Shown here: positions 41,501 to 56,500 of the stretch, piece after piece | How positions within the stretch are numbered: position 1 is the stretch's first letter | Layout: the number at the start of each line of letters is the position of its first letter | Assembly: GCA_040954595.2 (NCBI GenBank) | Contig: CM082580.2 | Coordinates: forward strand, 12,104,909 to 12,168,908 | Direction: 5' to 3' | DNA length: 64,000 nucleotides | From: Balanoglossus misakiensis | Lineage: Eukaryota > Animalia > Hemichordata | The notes under the pieces: model-generated | What the model saw: only the letters and a program-made list of their open reading frames with translations | What the model was told of the DNA's origin: nothing | Database searches by the model: none | Position numbers and translations under genes: made by a program

Positions 41501-44500
41501 TGCGGAAAATCAAATTTTGGCCGATTTTTGAAAAAAACCATGGGTTATAGCTCAGGAAATCGTCAAAAAATGACAATTTTTCGACCTTGCGAATTTTCAA
41601 AATTTGTACATTTTTTGAAAAAATCATGGGTTATAGCTCATGAAAATCGTCAAAAAATGACAATTTTTCGACCTTGCGAATTTTCAAAATTTGGCCATTT
41701 TTTGAAAAAATCATGGGTTATAGCTCATGAAAATCGTCAAAAAATGACAATTTTTCGACTTTGCGGAATTTCAAAATTTGGCCGATTTTTGAAAAAACCA
41801 TGGGTTATAGCTCAGGAAATCATCAAAAAATGACAATTTTTCGACTTTGCGGAAAATCAAAATTTGGCCGATTTTTGAAAAAAACCATGGGTTATAGCTC
41901 AGGAAATCATCAAAAAATGACAATTTTTCGACTTTGCGGAAAATCAAAATTTGGCCGATTTTTGAAAAAAACCATGGGTTATAGCTCAGGAAATCGTCAA
42001 AAAATGACAATTTTTCGACTTTGCGGAATTTCAAAATTTGGCCGATTTTTGAAAAAATCATGGGTTATAGCTCATGAAAATCGTCAAAAAATGACAATTT
42101 TTCGACTTTGCGAATTTTCAAAATTTGGCCGATTTTTGAAAAAAACCATGGGTTATAGCTCAGGAAATCATCAAAAAATGACAATTTTTCGACTTTGCGG
42201 AAAATCAAAATTTGGCCGATTTTTGAAAAAAACCATGGGTTATAGCTCAGGAAATCATCAAAAAATGACAATTTTTCGACTTTGCGGAAAATCAAAATTT
42301 GGCCGATTTTGGAAAAAAACCATGGGTTATAGCTCAGGAAATCATCAAAAAATGACAATTTTTCGACTTTGCGGAAAATCAAAATTTGGCCGATTTTGGA
42401 AAAAAACCATGGGTTATAGCTCAGGAAATCATCAAAAAATGACAATTTTTCGACTTTGCGGAAAATCAAAATTTCGTCGATTTTTAAAAAAAAAACATGG
42501 GTTATAGCTCATGAAATCATCAAAAAATGACAATTTTTCGACTTTGCGGAAAATCAAAATTTCGTCGATTTTTGAAAAAAACCATGGGTTATAGCTCAGG
42601 AAATCATCAAAAAATGACAATTTTTCGACTTTGCGGAAAATCAAAATTTGGCCGATTTTTGAAAAAAAAATGGGTTATAGCTCAGGAAATCATCAAAAAA
42701 TGACAATTTTTCGACTTTGCGGAAAATCAAAATTTGGCCGATTTTTGAAAAAAACCATGGGTTATAGCTCAGGAAATCATCAAAAAATGACAATTTTTCG
42801 ACTTTGCGGAAAATCAAAATTTGGCCGATTTTTGAAAAAAACCATGGGTTATATAGCTCAGGAAATCATCAAAAAATGACAATTTTTCGACTTTGCGGAA
42901 AATCAAAATTTGGCCGATTTTTGAAAAAAACCATGGGTTATAGCTCAGGAAATCATCAAAAAATGACAATTTTTCGACTTTGCGGAAAATCAAAATTTGG
43001 CCGATTTTTGAAAAAAACCATGGGTTATAGCTCAGGAAATCATCAAAAAATGACAATTTTTCGACTTTGCGGAAAATCAAATTTTGGCCGATTTTTGAAA
43101 AAAACCATGGGTTATAGCTCAGGAAATCATTAAAAAATGACAATTTTTCGACTTTGCGGAAAATCAAAATTTGGCCGATTTTTGAAAAAAACCATGGGTT
43201 ATAGCTCAGGAAATCATCAAAAAATGACAATTTTTCGACTTTGCGGAAAATCAAAATTTGGCCGATTTTTGAAAAAAACCATGGGTTATAGCTCAGGAAA
43301 TCATCAAAAAATGACAATTTTTCGACTTTGCGGAAAATCAAAATTTGGCCGATTTTTGAAAAAAACCATGGGTTATAGCTCAGGAAATCATCAAAAAATG
43401 ACAATTTTTCGACTTTGCGGAAAATCAAAATTTGGCCGATTTTTGAAAAAAACCATGGGTTATAGCTCAGGAAATCATCAAAAAATGACAATTTTTCGAC
43501 TTTGCGGAAAATCAAATTTTGGCCGATTTTTGAAAAAAACCATGGGTTATAGCTCAGGAAATCATTAAAAAATGACAATTTTTCGACTTTGCGGAAAATC
43601 AAAATTTGGCCGATTTTTGAAAAAAAACATGGGTTATAGCTCAGGAAATCATCAAAAAATGACAATTTTTCGACTTTGCGGAAAATCAAAATTTGGCCGA
43701 TTTTTGAAAAAAACCATGGGTTATAGCTCATGAAATCATCAAAAAATGACAATTTTTCGACTTTGCGGAAAATCAAAATTTGGCCGATTTTTGAAAAAAA
43801 CCATGGGTTATAGCTCAGGAAATCATCAAAAAATGACAATTTTTCGACTTTGCGGAAAATCAAAATTTGGCCGATTTTTGAAAAAAAAATGGGTTATAGC
43901 TCAGGAAATCATCAAAAAATGACAATTTTTCGACTTTGCGGAAAATCAAAATTTGGCCGATTTTTGAAAAAAACCATGGGTTATAGCTCAGGAAATCATC
44001 AAAAAATGACAATTTTTCGACTTTGCGGAAAATCAAAATTTGGCCGATTTTTGAAAAAAACCATGGGTTATAGCTCAGGAAATCATCAAAAAATGACAAT
44101 TTTTCGACTTTGCGGAAAATCAAAATTTGGCCGATTTTTGAAAAAAACCATGGGTTATAGCTCATGAAATCATCAAAAAATGACAATTTTTCGACTTTGC
44201 GGAAAATCAAAATTTGGCCGATTTTTGAAAAAAACCATGGGTTATAGCTCAGGAAATCATCAAAAAATGACAATTTTTCGACTTTGCGGAAAATCAAAAT
44301 TTGGCCGATTTTTGAAAAAAACCATGGGTTATAGCTCAGGAAATCATCAAAAAATGACAATTTTTCGACTTTGCGGAAAATCAAAATTTGGCCGATTTTT
44401 GAAAAAAACCATGGGTTATAGCTCAGGAAATCATCAAAAAATGACAATTTTTCGACTTTGCGGAAAATCAAATTTTGGCCGATTTTTGAAAAAAACCATG

Positions 44501-47500
44501 GGTTATAGCTCAGGAAATCATTAAAAAATGACAATTTTTCGACTTTGCGGAAAATCAAAATTTGGCCGATTTTTGAAAAAAAACATGGGTTATAGCTCAG
44601 GAAATCATCAAAAAATGACAATTTTTCGACTTTGCGGAAAATCAAAATTTGGCCGATTTTTGAAAAAAACCATGGGTTATAGCTCATGAAATCATCAAAA
44701 AATGACAATTTTTCGACTTTGCGGAAAATCAAAATTTGGCCGATTTTTGAAAAAAACCATGGGTTATAGCTCAGGAAATCATCAAAAAATGACAATTTTT
44801 CGACTTTGCGGAAAATCAAAATTTGGCCGATTTTTGAAAAAAAAATGGGTTATAGCTCAGGAAATCATCAAAAAATGACAATTTTTCGACTTTGCGGAAA
44901 ATCAAAATTTGGCCGATTTTTGAAAAAAACCATGGGTTATAGCTCAGGAAATCATCAAAAAATGACAATTTTTCGACTTTGCGGAAAATCAAAATTTGGC
45001 CGATTTTTGAAAAAAACCATGGGTTATAGCTCAGGAAATCATCAAAAAATGACAATTTTTCGACTTTGCGGAAAATCAAAATTTGGCCGATTTTTGAAAA
45101 AAACCATGGGTTATAGCTCAGGAAATCATCAAAAAATGACAATTTTTCGACTTTGCGGAAAATCAAATTTTGGCCGATTTTTGAAAAAAACCATGGGTTA
45201 TAGCTCAGGAAATCATTAAAAAATGACAATTTTTCGACTTTGCGGAAAATCAAAATTTGGCCGATTTTTGAAAAAAAACATGGGTTATAGCTCAGGAAAA
45301 TCGTCAAAAAATGACAATTTTTCGACTTTGCGAATTTTCAAAATTTGGCCGATTTTTGAAAAAAACCATGGGTTATAGCTCAGGAAATCATCAAAAAATG
45401 ACAATTTTTCGACTTTGCGGAAAATCAAAATTTGGCCGATTTTGGAAAAAAACCATGGGTTATAGCTCAGGAAATCATCAAAAAATGACAATTTTTCGAC
45501 TTTGCGGAAAATCAAAATTTCGTCGATTTTTAAAAAAAAAACATGGGTTATAGCTCATGAAATCATCAAAAAATGACAATTTTTCGACTTTGCGGAAAAT
45601 CAAAATTTCGTCGATTTTTGAAAAAAACCATGGGTTATAGCTCAGGAAATCATCAAAAAATGACAATTTTTCGACTTTGCGGAAAATCAAAATTTGGCCG
45701 ATTTTTGAAAAAAACCATGGGTTATAGCTCAGGAAATCATCAAAAAATGACAATTTTTCGACTTTGTGGAAAATCAAAATTTGGCCGATTTTTGAAAAAA
45801 ACCATGGGTTATAGCTCAGGAAATCATCAAAAAATGACAATTTTTCGACTTTGCGGAAAATCAAAATTTGGCCGATTTTTGAAAAAAAAATGGGTTATAG
45901 CTCAGGAAATCATCAAAAAATGACAATTTTTCGACTTTGCGGAAAATCAAAATTTGGCCGATTTTTGAAAAAAACCATGGGTTATAGCTCAGGAAATCAT
46001 CAAAAAATGACAATTTTTCGACTTTGCGGAAAATCAAAATTTGGCCGATTTTTGAAAAAAACCATGGGTTATAGCTCAGGAAATCATCAAAAAATGACAA
46101 TTTTTCGACTTTGCGGAAAATCAAAATTTGGCCGATTTTTGAAAAAAACCATGGGTTATAGCTCAGGAAATCATCAAAAAATGACAATTTTTCGACTTTG
46201 CGGAAAATCAAAATTTGGCCGATTTTTGAAAAAAACCATGGGTTATAGCTCAGGAAATCATCAAAAAATGACAATTTTTCGACTTTGCGGAAAATCAAAT
46301 TTTGGCCGATTTTTGAAAAAAACCATGGGTTATAGCTCAGGAAATCATTAAAAAATGACAATTTTTCGACTTTGCGGAAAATCAAAATTTGGCCGATTTT
46401 TGAAAAAAAACATGGGTTATAGCTCAGGAAATCATCAAAAAATGACAATTTTTCGACTTTGCGGAAAATCAAAATTTGGCCGATTTTTGAAAAAAACCAT
46501 GGGTTATAGCTCATGAAATCATCAAAAAATGACAATTTTTCGACTTTGCGGAAAATCAAAATTTGGCCGATTTTTGAAAAAAACCATGGGTTATAGCTCA
46601 GGAAATCATCAAAAAATGACAATTTTTCGACTTTGTGGAAAATCAAAATTTGGCCGATTTTTGAAAAAAACCATGGGTTATAGCTCAGGAAATCATCAAA
46701 AAATGACAATTTTTCGACTTTGCGGAAAATCAAAATTTGGCCGATTTTTGAAAAAAACCATGGGTTATAGCTCAGGAAATCATCAAAAAATGACAATTTT
46801 TCGACTTTGCGGAAAATCAAAATTTGGCCGATTTTTGAAAAAAACCATGGGTTATAGCTCAGGAAATCATCAAAAAATGACAATTTTTCGACTTTGCGGA
46901 AAATCAAAATTTGGCCGATTTTTGAAAAAAACCATGGGTTATAGCTCAGGAAATCATCAAAAAATGACAATTTTTCGACTTTGCGGAAAATCAAAATTTG
47001 GCCGATTTTTGAAAAAAACCATGGGTTATAGCTCAGGAAATCATCAAAAAATGACAATTTTTCGACTTTGCGGAAAATCAAATTTTGGCCGATTTTTGAA
47101 AAAAACCATGGGTTATAGCTCAGGAAATCATTAAAAAATGACAATTTTTCGACTTTGCGGAAAATCAAAATTTGGCCGATTTTTGAAAAAAAACATGGGT
47201 TATAGCTCAGGAAATCATCAAAAAATGACAATTTTTCGACTTTGCGGAAAATCAAAATTTGGCCGATTTTTGAAAAAAACCATGGGTTATAGCTCATGAA
47301 ATCATCAAAAAATGACAATTTTTCGACTTTGCGGAAAATCAAAATTTGGCCGATTTTTGAAAAAAACCATGGGTTATAGCTCAGGAAATCATCAAAAAAT
47401 GACAATTTTTCGACTTTGCGGAAAATCAAAATTTGGCCGATTTTTGAAAAAAACCATGGGTTATAGCTCAGGAAATCATCAAAAAATGACAATTTTTCGA

Positions 47501-50500
47501 CTTTGCGGAAAATCAAAATTTGGCCGATTTTTGAAAAAAACCATGGGTTATAGCTCAGGAAATCATTAAAAAATGACAATTTTTCGACTTTGCGGAAAAT
47601 CAAAATTTGGCCGATTTTTGAAAAAAAAATGGGTTATAGCTCAGGAAATCATCAAAAAATGACAATTTTTCGACTTTGCGGAAAATCAAAATTTGGCCGA
47701 TTTTTGAAAAAAACCATGGGTTATAGCTCAGGAAATCATCAAAAAATGACAATTTTTCGACTTTGCGGAAAATCAAAATTTGGCCGATTTTTGAAAAAAA
47801 CCATGGGTTATAGCTCAGGAAATCATCAAAAAATGACAATTTTTCGACTTTGCGGAAAATCAAAATTTGGCCGATTTTTGAAAAAAAACCATGGGTTATA
47901 GCTCAGGAAATCATCAAAAAATGACAATTTTTCGACTTTGCGGAAAATCAAAATTTGGCCGATTTTTGAAAAAAAACATGGGTTATAGCTCAGGAAATCA
48001 TCAAAAAATGACAATTTTTCGACTTTGCGGAAAATCAAATTTTGGCCGATTTTTGAAAAAAACCATGGGTTATAGCTCAGGAAATCATCAAAAAATGACA
48101 ATTTTTCGACTTTGCGGAAAATCAAAATTTGGCCGATTTTTGAAAAAAACCATGGGTTATAGCTCAGGAAATCATCAAAAAATGACAATTTTTCGACTTT
48201 GCGGAAAATCAAAATTTGGCCGATTTTTGAAAAAAACCATGGGTTATAGCTCAGGAAATCATCAAAAAATGACAATTTTTCGACTTTGCGGAAAATCAAA
48301 ATTTGGCCGATTTTTGAAAAAAAACATGGGTTATAGCTCAGGAAATCATCAAAAAATGACAATTTTTCGACTTTGCGGAAAATCAAAATTTGGCCGATTT
48401 TTGAAAAAAACCATGGGTTATAGCTCAGGAAATCATCAAAAAATGACAATTTTTCGACTTTGCGGAAAATCAAAATTTGGCCGATTTTTGAAAAAAAACC
48501 ATGGGTTATAGCTCAGGAAATCATCAAAAAATGACAATTTTTCGACTTTGCGGAAAATCAAAATTTGGCCGATTTTTGAAAAAAAACCATGGGTTATAGC
48601 TCAGGAAATCATCAAAAAATGACAATTTTTCGACTTTGCGGAAAATCAAAATTTGGCCGATTTTTGAAAAAAACCATGGGTTATAGCTCAGGAAATCATC
48701 AAAAAATGACAATTTTTCGACTTTGCGGAAAATCAAAATTTGGCCGATTTTTGAAAAAAACCATGGGTTATAGCTCAGGAAATCATCAAAAAATGACAAT
48801 TTTTCGACTTTGCGGAAAATCAAATTTTGGCCGATTTTTGAAAAAAACCATGGGTTATACCTCAGGAAATCATCAAAAAATGACAATTTTTCGACTTTGC
48901 GGAAAATCAAAATTTGGCCGATTTTTGAAAAAAACCATGGGTTATAGCTCAGGAAATCATCAAAAAATGACAATTTTTCGACTTTGCGGAAAATCAAAAT
49001 TTGGCCGATTTTTGAAAAAAACCATGGGTTATAGCTCAGGAAATCATCAAAAAACGACAATTTTTCGACTTTGCGGAAAATCAAAATTTGGCCGATTTTT
49101 GAAAAAAACCATGGGTTATAGCTCAGGAAATCATCAAAAAATGACAATTTTTCGACTTTGCGGAAAATCAAAATTTGGCCGATTTTTGAAAAAAACCATG
49201 GGTTATAGCTCAGGAAATCATCAAAAAATGACAATTTTTCGACTTTGCGGAAAATCAAAATTTGGCCGATTTTTGAAAAAAACCATGGGTTATAGCTCAG
49301 GAAATCATCAAAAAATGACAATTTTTCGACTTTGCGGAAAATCAAAATTTGGCCGATTTTTGAAAAAAACCATGGGTTATAGCTCAGGAAATCATCAAAA
49401 AATGACAATTTTTCGACTTTGCGGAAAATCAAAATTTGGCCGATTTTTGAAAAAAACCATGGGTTATAGCTCAGGAAATCATCAAAAAATGACAATTTTT
49501 CGACTTTGCGGAAAATCAAAATTTGGCCGATTTTTGAAAAAAACCATGGGTTATAGCTCAGGAAATCATCAAAAAATGACAATTTTTCGACTTTGCGGAA
49601 AATCAAAATTTGGCCGATTTTTGAAAAAAACCATGGGTTATAGCTCAGGAAATCATCAAAAAATGACAATTTTTCGACTTTGCGGAAAATCAAAATTTGG
49701 CCGATTTTTGAAAAAAACCATGGGTTATAGCTCAGGAAATCATCAAAAAATGACAATTTTTCGACTTTGCGGAAAATCAAATTTTGGCCGATTTTTGAAA
49801 AAAACCATGGGTTATAGCTCAGGAAATCATCAAAAAATGACAATTTTTCGACTTTGCGGAAAATCAAAATTTGGCCGATTTTTGAAAAAAACCATGGGTT
49901 ATAGCTCAGGAAATCATCAAAAAATGACAATTTTTCGACTTTGCGGAAAATCAAAATTTGGCCGATTTTTGAAAAAAACCATGGGTTATAGCTCAGGAAA
50001 TCATCAAAAAATGACAATTTTTCGACTTTGCGGAAAATCAAAATTTGGCCGATTTTTGAAAAAAACCATGGGTTATAGCTCAGGAAATCATCAAAAAATG
50101 ACAATTTTTCGACTTTGCGGAAAATCAAAATTTGGCCGATTTTTGAAAAAAACCATGGGTTATAGCTCAGGAAATCATCAAAAAATGACAATTTTTCGAC
50201 TTTGCGGAAAATCAAATTTTGGCCGATTTTTGAAAAAAACCATGGGTTATAGCTCAGGAAATCATCAAAAAATGACAATTTTTCGACTTTGCGGAAAATC
50301 AAAATTTGGCCGATTTTTGAAAAAAACCATGGGTTATAGCTCAGGAAATCATCAAAAAATGACAATTTTTCGACTTTGCGGAAAATCAAAATTTGGCCGA
50401 TTTTTGAAAAAAACCATGGGTTATAGCTCAGGAAATCATCAAAAAATGACAATTTTTCGACTTTGCGGAAAATCAAAATTTGGCCGATTTTTGAAAAAAA

Positions 50501-53500
50501 CCATGGGTTATAGCTCAGGAAATCATCAAAAAATGACAATTTTTCGACTTTGCGGAAAATCAAAATTTGGCCGATTTTTGAAAAAAACCATGGGTTATAG
50601 CTCAGGAAATCATCAAAAAATGACAATTTTTCGACTTTGCGGAAAATCAAAATTTGGCCGATTTTTGAAAAAAACCATGGGTTATAGCTCAGGAAATCAT
50701 CAAAAAATGACAATTTTTCGACATTGCGGAAAATCAAAATTTGGCCGATTTTTGAAAAAAACCATGGGTTATAGCTCAGGAAATCATCAAAAAATGACAA
50801 TTTTTCGACTTTGCGGAAAATCAAAATTTGGCCGATTTTTGAAAAAAACCATGGGTTATAGCTCAGGAAATCATCAAAAAATGACAATTTTTCGACTTTG
50901 CGGAAAATCAAAATTTGGCCGATTTTTGAAAAAAACCATGGGTTATAGCTCAGGAAATCATCAAAAAATGACAATTTTTCGACTTTGCGGAAAATCAAAA
51001 TTTGGCCGATTTTTGAAAAAAACCATGGGTTATAGCTCAGGAAATCATCAAAAAATGACAATTTTTCGACTTTGCGGAAAATCAAAATTTGGCCGATTTT
51101 TGAAAAAAACCATGGGTTATAGCTCAGGAAATCATCAAAAAATGACAATTTTTCGACTTTGCGGAAAATCAAAATTTGGCCGATTTTTGAAAAAAACCAT
51201 GGGTTATAGCTCAGGAAATCATCAAAAAATGACAATTTTTCGACTTTGCGGAAAATCAAAATTTGGCCGATTTTTGAAAAAAACCATGGGTTATAGCTCA
51301 GGAAATCATCAAAAAATGACAATTTTTCGACTTTGCGGAAAATCAAATTTTGGCCGATTTTTGAAAAAAACCATGGGTTATAGCTCAGGAAATCATCAAA
51401 AAATGACAATTTTTCGACTTTGCGGAAAATCAAAATTTGGCCGATTTTTGAAAAAAACCATGGGTTATAGCTCAGGAAATCATCAAAAAATGACAATTTT
51501 TCGACTTTGCGGAAAATCAAATTTTGGCCGATTTTTGAAAAAAAACATGGGTTATAGCTCAGGAAATCATCAAAAAATGACAATTTTTCGACTTTGCGGA
51601 AAATCAAAATTTGGCCGATTTTAAAAAAAAAACATGGGTTATAGCTCAGGAAATCATCAAAAAATGACAATTTTTCGACTTTGCGGAAAATCAAAATTTG
51701 GCCGATTTTTGAAAAAAAACATGGGTTATAGCTCAGGAAATCATCAAAAAATGACAATTTTTCGACTTTGCGGAAAATCAAAATTTGGCCGATTTTTGAA
51801 AAAAACCATGGGTTATAGCTCAGGAAATCATCAAAAAATGACAATTTTTCGACTTTGCGGAAAATCAAATTTTGGCCGATTTTTGAAAAAAACCATGGGT
51901 TATAGCTCAGGAAATCATCAAAAAATGACAATTTTTCGACTTTGCGGAAAATCAAAATTTGGCCGATTTTTGAAAAAAACCATGGGTTATAGCTCAGGAA
52001 ATCATCAAAAAATGACAATTTTTCGACTTTGCGGAAAATCAAAATTTGGCCGATTTTTGAAAAAAACCATGGGTTATAGCTCAGGAAATCATCAAAAAAT
52101 GACAATTTTTCGACTTTGCGGAAAATCAAAATTTGGCCGATTTTTGAAAAAAACCATGGGTTATAGCTCAGGAAATCATCAAAAAATGACAATTTTTCGA
52201 CTTTGCGGAAAATCAAAATTTGGCCGATTTTTGAAAAAAACCATGGGTTATAGCTCAGGAAATCATCAAAAAATGACAATTTTTCGACTTTGCGGAAAAT
52301 CAAAATTTGGCCGATTTTTGAAAAAAACCATGGGTTATAGCTCAGGAAATCATCAAAAAATGACAATTTTTCGACTTTGCGGAAAATCAAAATTTGGCCG
52401 ATTTTTGAAAAAAACCATGGGTTATAGCTCAGGAAATCATCAAAAAATGACAATTTTTCGACTTTGCAGAAAATCAAAATTTGGCCGATTTTTGAAAAAA
52501 ACCATGGGTTATAGCTCAGGAAATCATCAAAAAATGACAATTTTTCGACTTTGCGGAAAATCAAAATTTGGCCGATTTTTGAAAAAAACCATGGGTTATA
52601 GCTCAGGAAATCATCAAAAAATGACAATTTTTCGACTTTGCGGAAAATCAAAATTTGGCCGATTTTTGAAAAAAACCATGGGTTATAGCTCAGGAAATCA
52701 TCAAAAAATGACAATTTTTCGACTTTGCGGAAAATCAAATTTTGGCCGATTTTTGAAAAAAACCATGGGTTATAGCTCAGGAAATCATCAAAAAATGACA
52801 ATTTTTCGACTTTGCGGAAAATCAAAATTTGGCCGATTTTTGAAAAAAATCATGGGTTATAGCTCAGGAAATCATCAAAAAATGACAATTTTTCGACTTT
52901 GCGGAAAATCAAAATTTGGCCGATTTTTGAAAAAAACCATGGGTTATAGCTCAGGAAATCATCAAAAAATGACAATTTTTCGACTTTGCGGAAAATCAAA
53001 TTTTGGCCGATTTTTGAAAAAAACCATGGGTTATAGCTCAGGAAATCATCAAAAAATGACAATTTTTCGACTTTGCGGAAAATCAAAATATTTTTCGACT
53101 TTGCGGAAAATCAAAATTTGGCCGATTTTTGAAAAAAACCATGGGTTATAGCTCAGGAAATCATCAAAAAATGACAATTTTTCGACTTTGCGGAAAATCA
53201 AAATTTGGCCGATTTTTGAAAAAAACCATGGGTTATAGCTCAGGAAATCATCAAAAAATGACAATTTTTCGACTTTGCGGAAAATCAAAATTTGGCCGAT
53301 TTTTGAAAAAAACCATGGGTTATAGCTCAGGAAATCATCAAAAAATGACAATTTTTCGACTTTGCGGAAAATCAAAATTTGGCCGATTTTTGAAAAAAAC
53401 CATGGGTTATAGCTCAGGAAATCATCAAAAAATGACAATTTTTCGACTTTGCGGAAAATCAAAATTTGGCCGATTTTTGAAAAAAACCATGGGTTATAGC

Positions 53501-56500
53501 TCAGGAAATCATCAAAAAATGACAATTTTTCGACTTTGCGGAAAATCAAAATTTGGCCGATTTTTGAAAAAAACCATGGGTTATAGCTCAGGAAATCATC
53601 AAAAAATGACAATTTTTCGACTTTGCGGAAAATCAAATTTTGGCCGATTTTTGAAAAAAAACATGGGTTATAGCTCAGGAAATCATCAAAAAATGACAAT
53701 TTTTCGACTTTGCGGAAAATCAAAATTTGGCCGATTTTTGAAAAAAACCATGGGTTATAGCTCAGGAAATCATCAAAAAATGACAATTTTTCGACTTTGC
53801 GGAAAATCAAATTTTGGCCGATTTTTGAAAAAAAACATGGGTTATAGCTCAGGAAATCATCAAAAAATGACAATTTTTCGACTTTGCGGAAAATCAAAAT
53901 TTGGCCGATTTTAAAAAAAAAACATGGGTTATAGCTCAGGAAATCATCAAAAAATGACAATTTTTCGACTTTGCGGAAAATCAAAATTTGGCCGATTTTT
54001 GAAAAAAACCATGGGTTATAGCTCAGGAAATCATCAAAAAATGACAATTTTTCGACTTTGCGGAAAATCAAAATTTGGCCGATTTTTGAAAAAAACCATG
54101 GGTTATAGCTCAGGAAATCATCAAAAAATGACAATTTTTCGACTTTGCGGAAAATCAAATTTTGGCCGATTTTTGAAAAAAACCATGGGTTATAGCTCAG
54201 GAAATCATCAAAAAATGACAATTTTTCGACTTTGCGGAAAATCAAAATTTGGCCGATTTTTGAAAAAAACCATGGGTTATAGCTCAGGAAATCATCAAAA
54301 AATGACAATTTTTCGACTTTGCGGAAAATCAAAATTTGGCCGATTTTTGAAAAAAACCATGGGTTATAGCTCAGGAAATCATCAAAAAATGACAATTTTT
54401 CGACTTTGCGGAAAATCAAAATTTGGCCGATTTTTGAAAAAAACCATGGGTTATAGCTCAGGAAATCATCAAAAAATGACAATTTTTCGACTTTGCGGAA
54501 AATCAAAATTTGGCCGATTTTTGAAAAAAACCATGGGTTATAGCTCAGGAAATCATCAAAAAATGACAATTTTTCGACTTTGCGGAAAATCAAAATTTGG
54601 CCGATTTTTGAAAAAAACCATGGGTTATAGCTCAGGAAATCATCAAAAAATGACAATTTTTCGACTTTGCGGAAAATCAAAATTTGGCCGATTTTTGAAA
54701 AAAACCATGGGTTATAGCTCAGGAAATCATCAAAAAATGACAATTTTTCGACTTTGCGGAAAATCAAAATTTGGCCGATTTTTGAAAAAAACCATGGGTT
54801 ATAGCTCAGGAAATCATCAAAAAATGACAATTTTTCGACTTTGCGGAAAATCAAAATTTGGCCGATTTTTGAAAAAAACCATGGGTTATAGCTCAGGAAA
54901 TCATCAAAAAATGACAATTTTTCGACTTTGCGGAAAATCAAAATTTGGCCGATTTTTGAAAAAAACCATGGGTTATAGCTCAGGAAATCATCAAAAAATG
55001 ACAATTTTTCGACTTTGCGGAAAATCAAATTTTGGCCGATTTTTGAAAAAAACCATGGGTTATAGCTCAGGAAATCATCAAAAAATGACAATTTTTCGAC
55101 TTTGCGGAAAATCAAAATTTGGCCGATTTTTGAAAAAAACCATGGGTTATAGCTCAGGAAATCATCAAAAAATGACAATTTTTCGACTTTGCGGAAAATC
55201 AAAATTTGGCCGATTTTTGAAAAAAACCATGGGTTATAGCTCAGGAAATCATCAAAAAATGACAATTTTTCGACTTTGCGGAAAATCAAAATTTGGCCGA
55301 TTTTTGAAAAAAACCATGGGTTATAGCTCAGGAAATCATCAAAAAATGACAATTTTTCGACTTTGCGGAAAATCAAAATTTGGCCGATTTTTGAAAAAAA
55401 CCATGGGTTATAGCTCAGGAAATCATCAAAAAATGACAATTTTTCGACTTTGCGGAAAATCAAAATTTGGCCGATTTTTGAAAAAAACCATGGGTTATAG
55501 CTCAGGAAATCATCAAAAAATGACAATTTTTCGACTTTGCGGAAAATCAAAATTTGGCCGATTTTTGAAAAAAACCATGGGTTATAGCTCAGGAAATCAT
55601 CAAAAAATGACAATTTTTCGACTTTGCGGAAAATCAAAATTTGGCCGATTTTTGAAAAAAACCATGGGTTATAGCTCAGGAAATCATCAAAAAATGACAA
55701 TTTTTCGACTTTGCGGAAAATCAAAATTTGGCCGATTTTTGAAAAAAACCATGGGTTATAGCTCAGGAAATCATCAAAAAATGACAATTTTTCGACTTTG
55801 CGGAAAATCAAAATTTGGCCGATTTTTGAAAAAAACCATGGGTTATAGCTCAGGAAATCATCAAAAAATGACAATTTTTCGACTTTGCGGAAAATCAAAA
55901 TTTGGCCGATTTTTGAAAAAAACCATGGGTTATAGCTCAGGAAATCATCAAAAAATGACAATTTTTCGACTTTGCGGAAAATCAAAATTTGGCCGATTTT
56001 TGAAAAAAACCATGGGTTATAGCTCAGGAAATCATCAAAAAATGACAATTTTTCGACTTTGCGGAAAATCAAAATTTGGCCGATTTTTGAAAAAAACCAT
56101 GGGTTATAGCTCAGGAAATCATCAAAAAATGACAATTTTTCGACTTTGCGGAAAATCAAAATTTGGCCGATTTTTGAAAAAAACCATGGGTTATAGCTCA
56201 GGAAATCATCAAAAAATGACAATTTTTCGACTTTGCGGAAAATCAAAATTTGGCCGATTTTTGAAAAAAACCATGGGTTATAGCTCAGGAAATCATCAAA
56301 AAATGACAATTTTTCGACTTTGCGGAAAATCAAAATTTGGCCGATTTTTGAAAAAAACCATGGGTTATAGCTCAGGAAATCATCAAAAAATGACAATTTT
56401 TCGCATTTGCGGAAAATCAAAATTTGGCCGATTTTTGAAAAAAACCATGGGTTATAGCTCAGGAAATCATCAAAAAATGACAATTTTTCGACTTTGCGGA

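Noticed and set aside
48589-48675. Hammerhead ribozyme or C/D snoRNA in the satellite minus strand (cgaaa...gtc...tgatga-tttc-ctga)
   Set aside because: The core lacks the C of CUGANGA and stems II/III cannot pair. The C and D-like words are only 4 nt apart with no closing stem or guide.
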